The notes below the pieces were generated by a model, which was given only the letters and a program-made list of their open reading frames with translations, was not told the origin of the DNA and ran no database searches. A DNA stretch of 56,555 bases, filler included, from Dirinaria sp. TL-2023a (taxonomy: Eukaryota): NCBI GenBank assembly GCA_051941275.1. It is 5 parts of 5 records of this genome, joined end to end, with 100 filler letters (N's around TTAATTAATTAA, not from the genome) between each part and the next. Parts side by side here need not be neighbours in the genome. Positions count along the whole stretch, not along the records: positions 45,346 to 56,555 come from JAVEBF010000863.1; 4 more parts are not named here. The stretch is one strand, 5' to 3'. A program made the translations under genes and the position numbers. Shown here piece after piece: positions 47,982 to 56,555 of the stretch; positions within the stretch are counted from its first letter, which is position 1; the number at the start of each line of letters is the position of its first letter.

Positions 47982-50900
47982 CTAGTCCGAACTCGAAGAA
48001 GACTCGGATTGCCAAGCTGTGTCGACTGTTGTAGGCGTGGTGGTTGAGAAGATGTTCTCCTTTTCTTCTATACTTGGTATGTCGTTTTCACCAGAATTCT
48101 TATCGTGCGATCCTGGCACATTCATCGTAGAATTCGCTGGTTGGAACTCGGATCCTGGTGTTCCTGGGGAAGGTGATGCAGGCTCAGGTTTCACATGCGG
48201 ATCCCGCGTGGTTGCTCTGTCGTTCGTATTTGGAAGCCCCATCAGCTCATCGTCACTGGAGTCCTCGCTGCCACCTCGAGACTGGTCCTTCCGTGCAAGT
48301 GCTGTGTCAACGTCATCGTCCCCTTCCTGAAAAGTACCCGATGCTATCTTGCTAAAGAGGGTTTCGACATCTCCGATGATGCGCAGAACCTCTTTGCGCA
48401 AGAGTCGCTGCGCTTTGGGGAGAAGTTGTCCATGTGACACGTCACCATCACCGAGGACGGAGCGGTAATCGCGCCGGATGAGAATGAAGACTTCATCTGC
48501 CTTCTCGTTCATGGTGTGCTCGACCTCCTGGCCCAACCTTGTAAGGCTCTGCCCTACTTCGTCGACGCTTCGCTGGAACATGGTGTGGCGCTCGTTACTG
48601 ACGTGACCACTCATGGCGGACTTCATTCGCCTGTAGCTGCCAGGACCTGGATTGCACACGTTAGCTGAGCCGCTCCGCACGTGCTCATACAATCATACCG
48701 CATTCCGCAACACACGCATCGTAAGCTGGCACCATTGCCTCCTGGATGACGGGCACGAACGCGCGATTGATCTCTTTCTGGTTGCTGTTGATCATTTCTT
48801 TGGCCGTGTTGGAGAGGTCCTTCAGTATATTTTCATACACTTCCAACTGTTGTTTCAGGCCATGAAGGCCGGCAATACCCAGCCCGACCTTGCGAGCTCG
48901 CGATTCGACGTCTCGGTGAAAAGATTTCAGCAACTGGGAAGCTTCTCGTGTAAAGCCCGCCATTACCATTGGTAGTCGACGAGAAAACGTCTTTTCCCAC
49001 CCAGAAGCAATTACTTTCATCATTGGCTCGGCACTAGCAGTTTCTACATTAGTTTGAAGGCCGCTTAATAATCGTAGGTTGCCCTTACAGCTGCTGGTTC
49101 CACTCCTAATGAAGGTCGAGCGTTAGCATTCACCAGATCTTCCAAGGACACGCAACCTACATGTGGACCGTGCGCGTTTGAATACATGCCCATGCGTCGA
49201 GTTATTGCCTTATAGGTAGACCAACAGTACCCTCCAGCTGCGCGGTTCTCTCGGTTGACTGGCGAACCCCAAAGTTCTGCAATTCTGCTTGCTTCGTAGG
49301 TCGCATTATGGACGGCGGCCCCTGTCAAAGTGTTAGAAACCGGTATGCCTCGAATGATAAAGACGGAGTTTTACCATATTTGTCGAATATGTTGTCCTGG
49401 AATTCCGACGAGAGCTCTTTGCATGTTGATACAACGATTTTGTCAAGTCCCTAAGTGCTGACAATCAGCCTTCAGCCAGACGTTAATCGGCAATGACCCT
49501 GCCGGCATAGCACCGGAAAGAATGCGACGCTGGGACACCATATAGGGCAGGTGCTTTTCAGCGCTTCCAATCCTTCAGGCCGTGACCAATCCAAGCTCTC
49601 AAGGGACAGCATACTGTGAACCGGGATTGACCATACTTACATCCTCAAGCCGCTTCAATTGGCCGCTCAATAATTTGGCTTCTCGCTCTCTCTGTTCAGC
49701 TGTCAGGTGCTCGCCTGTGCCGTCGCTAGAAGCCCAGAGAGCCAATGAATTGAGAAGCTGGTTCAGGTTGTTGATGAACCGTCTACAACTCGCTGATCTT
49801 CCAGCTTTGGTGAGCTCTTTACAATGCGCCTGCAACTGGGGTATTTCAGTCTCTTCGGCAGAGTTGAAGCCGGGGACGGTGGGTTCCTTCCGAAGGCGGC
49901 CCTGTATTTTCTGGTACCCACGACTGCTGACACAGTACACAGGTAATGACCGAGCAACCTCCTCATAGTCCCGTGACTCCACTTCAGGGTTGAAATGTTC
50001 TTCGTCTTCTTCAGCAGCAACTTCGTGATCCAGTTCCTTGATCCCTGCCGCGAAATCGTTCTGGATTGCTCCCTTGGAATAAGCATTCCTGCCGGCTATA
50101 CAGCGAGTGGCAATTCTAGCTTCGATCCTCTTTTCTGACGCCCTAGCAACTTTGATCTCGCGCTTCAGTTCGTCAATCTTGGTATCCAGTTCCACTTTCT
50201 GCTGCCGCGCATTCTTCTTATTTGATCGGATCTCAGAGATCTTTGTCGACACGTCGTCTTCATTGAGCTCTTGCCGCTCTGACTGAGACGAACCCGCTTC
50301 AGACCCTTCGTCTGGGTCATCTTCGGAATCTGCATCGTCATAGTCTTCACTCTCGCTTGAGACGTCGCGACGACCCCTCTTCCGTGGCTTGCGCTTTACA
50401 ACAGCTTTTCGCTTTTTCGTGGACGGTTTGGCAGGGGCGTAGACTGTCTTTCCCTTCTCAAGATTTTCCTTTAGACCATCCCAGACCTCAAGCTCGTCGT
50501 CTGCATCGTTCATGATTTCCGCATAGACGGTTTTGGATTCCTTGGCCTCGTCAAGTTGCTTGTTTAGAGCTTTGATCTGTTTGCCTAGTTTTTCCACTTC
50601 AGCCCAGGCTGGCCCAAGCTCTTCTTCAATACCAAGAGAGTCTTGCGCTTCCGATAAGCTGATATCGTCGGTTTTGCTGCAAATGAACGTGACACTGCCA
50701 GTGTTAACATTATGAGCACCTTGAGAACCGAGGGTATGACTCACGCGTTGAACCCACCGTCCATCTTCAGCTGTCTTTTGAAAGACTCTCCGAGCAGCGT
50801 TTTAGCTGCTTTGTCGTCCACAGCACGAGTGATCGGGGCCACGATCCATAAGCCAGTACATTGCTTCACTTGAGGGTCGCAGAATCAGCAGAATTTTCCT

Positions 50901-52958
50901 TGTATTACCATAATGTTGGAAAACGAGGTCCACCAGTACAGCTTGCAAGACGAGTCCGAAAGCTCTTTGTAACCACTGAAGAAAACAACCAGAAGAGGGA
51001 AATCACGACTCACTGTATCCCTCTGCTACCGCGGCACGAGCAGCGTTTGAATCGTGCACGCCTGGCAAATCTACAACCACAGCACCTGTGGATAACGGTG
51101 GAGATTTGACTAAAGTCATTCTCTACGTTAGCACAGGCTCCCCAAGGTAGAGGTTCTCATTCGGGCAGGCAATCCTCCGGCTTGTGTTCTCCGCGAGTGC
51201 CTCTTACCATATAATCTTACAACGCGGATCAAAGGCCAAAATTCCATCTCCTTGCGCTCCTTTTTCTTATCCTTGCTTTTTTCGCCCGTAGTCTTCTCCT
51301 TGCTGTCTACAAAGTGTTGTAAGCGTTTGTAGAAGCGTAAAGAGTCGTGCTCTTCGATTTTCTTGCTGGAGCCTAAGACGTGCGAAACCTCGCGCAACAT
51401 AGAGTCGATGGTGCTCTTCGCAATGTCCTCCTTTGTCTTCTGTGGATAGACAGCCTTGATTTTGGCGTACGCGATTCCAGCTTCGGTGTCTTCATTTGAG
51501 CATTCACGAGAAACTTTTCCATCGGAGTCGAGCAAATCAGAAAACATCGTTTCAAGCTCCTTGCGCCAGTCGGCGACACTTATGAATTCAATCTCGGCGC
51601 GATAAGGCGCTTGCTCATAATTGTAAGAGATCTCTGTAACAACCGCAGTGCAGGCTCTCATGCAATTAGTAGGGACAAGTCGCTCTTCTTCGAGCAGTGC
51701 ATTGATGACAGACGACTTGCCCGCACCAGTGTTACCCACGACGCCGATGATGGTTTTGGTCCTTACCGCTTGCTTCTGCAGATTCTCTGGGAGAAAGTTA
51801 GTTATTCCAGCCATGCAGAGGTTCATCCGGCCTACCGATCTGCTGTATCCACTGCACAGCGTCCGGACTGTCTTGAGCTTTACTTTGGAGTGGTTCTTTA
51901 AGCTTTTCGAGCAGTTTTACGCCTTGCGTGACGCTTGTCTCCAAGACCTCTGGCTCGGCGTCTTGCAATACTCTCTGAAGTTGGAAGCTTCGTTGTCCGC
52001 CTTCACCAGCAGAGGTGTTAGAAACGGATCTCTGTCGACCTGTAGGTACATAGGGGAACTCATCCAGCTTCGACGGGGTTCTGATCATGGTGTTTTCAGG
52101 TCCTCGATGGAGTGGGACGCTGGGCCCCAATGTTTCGGATATGGGTGGCTCCAACTTGGGCAGCTTGTCGAGATGCTGGTCTGATGCTAACGGGCTCGGT
52201 CGAAAAGGACCAGCTGCATGTTGATGAGAGTCCTGTGCTGATGGTGGCGGAGCATTGAGAGACTGGTCAAGATTCTTACTGCCATGTATTGTATCAGTAC
52301 GTGGTGTCGGTCCTCGAGGACTCTGGTTTCTTGAGGGCGTTATAGGAAGCGAGAGCGGAGGGTCAGGGGAGAGTATGGGGGTCGATCCTGGCCGCGGCGG
52401 ACGGTTCTCGTCTGCGGGGCTCAAGGCTGGTTTCCATCGCAGCAGTAGGGGCTCTGTGCTGTGCCTTAATTGGTGGTTGGCCGGCTGGAGGGGTTGGCGC
52501 TCAGACTGCTGAGGCAGCAGCAAGTCGGAATGCTTGACCGCTTCAAGTGTGATAAGCTGATCGTTGAAGGTGTGAAGATCACTCATCGTAGTCTGTGGAG
52601 CGAGGACTCCTGGACCGAATTTGAGGTAGAATGGACTTTGATCTTCGGATGACCTTTTTGCCCAGCAGCCCTCATGCACCTGCTGTACAGTCCTTTTCTA
52701 CGGTTCATTAGCTGTCAAGGCTTGAGGTCCGGATCGTGATGAATGTTTTACAGCTGTGCACTTCACCCAGATGAAATCATCTTCGGACTTGGGACCTTCG
52801 TTGCTCCGTCCGAGCTTCAAAACAGCGACCAAGATGGTTGTGGGCTTCAGTGGAATGTCCGGCTTGCAAGCTTTGGCTCTCTCATGAAGGGAGCTATTGG
52901 GGTTAGTATGAGGTAAGGTGAAGCTAGCACGGTTGGGATAATACCGTGTGTCGGCCAT
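47982..52958 (-). CDS. Dynamin-like GTPase, SLIP-GC/NUGGC family, multi-exon
   Basis: G1 GNTGAGKS, PTNCMRACT, G3 DLPG, G4 SKTD, WIVAPITRAVDD, ETEIPQL, GPGSYRRMK. Introns include 52944-52894, 52766-52698, 51835-51787, 51207-51110 and 49640-49451. Confidence 0.88.
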
Positions 52959-53884
52959 GCCGAGCACGTATCAAGGACTGTGCGTGCGCTAATGATCATG
53001 CAGATGGCTGGTGATTCGGGGTTTGGGGGGGATTTATGTGAGAAAAAGAATATCAAAACATTATTACTTAGGATTTGTGGACGCGTCAATCGCGTTGCTT
53101 TCACACTTAAACTTAAGTACGGGTGCTACGACATTCGGCGTTGAAAGATGCGCTTAGAGCGGGAAATCACAGGGTCAGGCTTGGCAACTGTTCGTCTGAG
53201 CGGACGAGGGTCCTTAGGGTGCACCTGGCTCCCTAAGGTACATAGGTTAAGAATATTATTTTGTGCTTCTTGCTAGCCATCATTATTACAAGCGCTGGCT
53301 AGCAGACGAACTGGAATTAAAGAATGGTTGAAGTACTGCAGATGAAGATATCGGAGAGCACATCTTCAAACCAGACATCATGGATAGTAAAGGAGACTAA
53401 AAAAGTACAGTACATAGCCAATCTCGAACATCCTACTGTAAGGTACTGTAGCTATGAGCATTGAGCATTGATCTTTGCCACGATGCATTGATCCGAAACC
53501 TTCACGCGGACCTGTAGGTTCTGCCTATCATTCAGGAGTCCCGGTTGCCTGAGTGTACATCAAGTCGCTGCATGTACTGATGCTCTTCTCATTTTGATGA
53601 GGTAAACGCCCACGCTTTTTCCTTTGCAGCTTCCGGGTGCGATAAGTTTCGATTCGAAGATTTTCTTGGATACCTCAGTGAAGCAGTGAGTGAGTAGTGG
53701 GTAGTGACTGAGTGAGTGAGTGGTTGATCGACGTGAAGAATCATCGTGGCATCTGAAAGTGCTTTTTTCGAGGTGCCATGACTACTGTATGGTGCGATGA
53801 TAAGGTAAGGCATGATCTCAGGAGAATAATGGGTTGATTATTTCATGTGACGCCAATCCTTGCCCGAAATCAACTAACGGCTAA

Positions 53885-53955
53885 AGGGGGGGCAACTGGA
53901 ACCCCCTTAGAGCGCCTCCTCCTTATTATCGCCCCCCTGTAACCTGTTGCCCCCT
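53885..53955. promoter_or_regulatory. Cluster of STRE-like (AGGGG/CCCCT) motifs upstream of the GH72 gene
   Basis: Four AGGGG/CCCCT motifs within ~70 bp, flanked by a GGGGGCAAC...GTTGCCCCC inverted pair. Confidence 0.3.
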
Positions 53956-54380
53956 ATTTACCCTAATCTGCTCCGCAACAACCGACACCCCGCCGAGAAA
54001 TAATTTTGGCAACACACCCGAGACACCCAAAAAAACACTGACGACTCCTTAAACTAAAATACCCAATCTACATTTTTTCTCACATTCCTCTTGCTTTTCC
54101 CTTTCTTGCCCTTCTTCATTCTTACTTGACTCTCGTTCACCATTTCCACCCACCTATCCCTCCACTTTCCAATCTCAGCCATCACTCGTTTCCAGGCTGC
54201 TTTACTCGACCCTTTTCTCTTGTGCCAGATTATTGAACCCTGTTTCTTGTCACTCTTTGAGGTCTCAACGGATCCGGCTACTTAGAAGAGACATTACTCC
54301 TTATTAATTCCCTTCCCATTTGTGCCCCTCGAACCCATCTATATCTCTTTGATACTATTATCAAGATCACAAAACACATA

Positions 54381-55979
54381 ATGAAGGGTCTCGACACCGT
54401 CGCACCTCTTACCCTTGCTCTCGGAGCAACGGCGGCCTGGGCTGGTGCCATTGCCCCAAGGGCATCGACCTTGCCAGCAATCACCGTCAAGGGAAATGGT
54501 ATAGACGCCAACCTCGTATCAAGTATAGCATAGCTGAAATATTCTACCAGCATTTTTCGCCGGCAACGATCGATTTTATATTCGTGGCGTCGATTATCAG
54601 CCAGGAGGCTCATCCGATCCTGTTGACCCACTGGCCGATGCCGACAGTTGCACGCGAGATATCACGGAGTGCGTTCTACAGTGGAATTAATACTTTGCAC
54701 CGGCTAATCCTCTGGATCTTAGGTTTACCAAATTGGGCATAAACACCCTGCGTGTATACACAATCGATAACAGCAAGAACCACGACGCGTGCATGAAGGC
54801 TCTTGCATCGGCTGGAATCTACCTCGCCCTGGACGTCAACACGCCCAAGTACTCGATTAGACAGGACAAGCCTGCCCAGTCGTACAACCACGTTTATTTG
54901 CAAAACATTTTCGCCACCATTGACATGTTCCACAATTACACGAATTTGCTCATGTTCTTCTCCGGTAACGAAGTTATCAACAGTGTCCCCACCAGCGAAG
55001 CTGCACCATTTGTTAAGGCCGTTACGCGTGATATGAAGCAGTACATAGGCAACCGACAGTACCGAAAAATCCCCGTTGGCTACTCCGCGGCCGATATTGG
55101 TAAGGAATAGTATGACTTCCCTCCAGGAACAAATGCTTACTGCGTTTCCTAGACGACAATCGAGTTGAGACTGCCGAATACATGAATTGCGGTACTGATG
55201 ATCAGCGTGTCGATTTCTTCGCCTTCAACGATTATAGTTGGTGCGATCCCTCCACCTACACGACCTCGACCTGGTCACAAAAGGTCGCTGCGTTCAGCAA
55301 CTACTCCCAACCGATCTTGTAAGCCTCGAAGTTGAAGCTTTTGCCAAAGTTCTATACTGACGCAGTTGCCAGTTTGTCTGAATACGGTTGCACCACTACT
55401 GCCCGCAAATTCGAAGAAGTCGGGACTTTGTACGGTAATCAGATGACACCGGTATACTCTGGAGGCCTAGTATATGAGTACACGGTCGAGGGCGACGCAA
55501 AACAGCAGAAATTTGGTCTCGTGGATATCCAAAATGGAAAAGCCGTTGAGCAACCCGATTTCTCCACCCTGCAGAGCGCTTTCAAGAACACGCCGCTCCC
55601 CACCGGTGACGGAGGCTACAAGCCATCTGGTGATGCGAGCGTCTGCCCACCGGCCTCTAAAAGCTGGCTCGTCGGCAACGATAGCTTGCCTGCCATGCCC
55701 CCTCAAGCCAGCCAATACTTCAAGAACGGCGCGGGAAAAGGCGCCGGTCTGTCAGGTTCCGGCTCCCAGGATTCCGGCGCGGAGAGCACGGGCACGGCAA
55801 CTGCTGGCTCGGGCCAACCGACGACCACCGGAACCGCCAACGCGGGCGGCAGCGGTGGCTCCAGCACAACCTCCAAAGCCGCCGCCAACGCCGTCCGTGT
55901 CCCCGAGTTCTCCGCCGCGCCGTACGCTTGCGGTCTGGTCGTAATGCTATCTACACTTCTTGGCGCGACTCTTCTGTGA
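54381..55979 (+). CDS. GEL1: GPI-anchored 1,3-beta-glucanosyltransferase, GH72 without X8/CBM43 domain (Gel1-type)
   Basis: Signal peptide; RFYIRGVDYQPGG, LGINTLRVY, FSGNEVIN, FLSEYGC, SGGLVYEY; Ser/Thr/Gly-rich stalk and hydrophobic GPI tail. Introns 54499-54550, 54669-54722, 55100-55152, 55319-55372. Confidence 0.93.
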
Positions 55980-56555
55980 AGAGGTTCCTGCGTAGCTTTT
56001 CAGCGAGCAAACAGCCAATTTTTAATTAGAACAATTGTTTTTTAACGTGGGGGTCGGGAAAATGTTTTAATCTCGCCATGTAGCGACTTGTCGTTCATTA
56101 TTAAGATGGCGGGGGTTCTCAACCGGTGTAACATTTTCCGGGTAGTTTTTTTTTTTTTTTTTTGCTAGCGACATGAGATTTTGTAGAAGATAGCAAAGCA
56201 GCACATTTTGTGGTCCGTTGATAAGGTACCTTGTTTCGTAAAAAACCTTGGGATTGCATTGTGAATCGGTCACGCGCGACTTTGTTGAGGATTGTACCTG
56301 AAATGGGGCTGTCATATTGCTGGCTGACAGGTCCAGAAAGACCAGCTAGCTCATGCTATCTCTCCCGACTGACGCTCAAATGCCAAGGTAGACTCTCCTT
56401 TATAACCTCTGAAGCACAGCCCGTTCCCCCCCCTTCTCTCTCCCCCTCTCTTTCAAACCCGTTCCAGGCTCCTCATGACGCCCTCGAACGCAACAAGCGC
56501 CACAGCATTGGCCGGGAACGCCCTCAAAAAACACGGGACAAACCCGCGCCAATAC

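Overview
Filamentous ascomycete (Pezizomycotina) DNA, possibly from a lichen-forming lineage, with short GT-AG introns and CTRAY branch points. It is not one locus: five contigs of about 11.2 kb (1-11250, 11351-22594, 22695-33930, 34031-45245, 45346-56555) are joined by artificial N44-TTAATTAATTAA-N44 linkers. Recognisable genes are DCP1, three tandem DUF7730/F-box-like paralogues, an MFS sugar porter, a CE16/GDSL esterase, an HD-domain hydrolase, a truncated HeLo-like NLR N-terminus, a PTH11-like membrane protein, an RBR E3 ligase, a dienelactone hydrolase, the GAF-domain fRMsr, a SLIP-GC/NUGGC-like dynamin GTPase and a GH72 Gel/Gas glucanosyltransferase, plus several orphans. Two signals stand out. 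(1) A highly structured ~2 kb region divergent from DCP1 (~2200-4270), lacking a convincing ORF up to ~4075, carries a CTAACCCTAA template followed by a complete telomerase-type pseudoknot, making it a strong candidate for an unannotated telomerase RNA gene. (2) A non-canonical RIP-like mutation signature (CpC->TpC, i.e. GG->GA) appears in tandem repeat copies, a pseudogene and CC/GG-depleted tracts. All base pairings and gene models were derived by eye; no folding program or database search was run.
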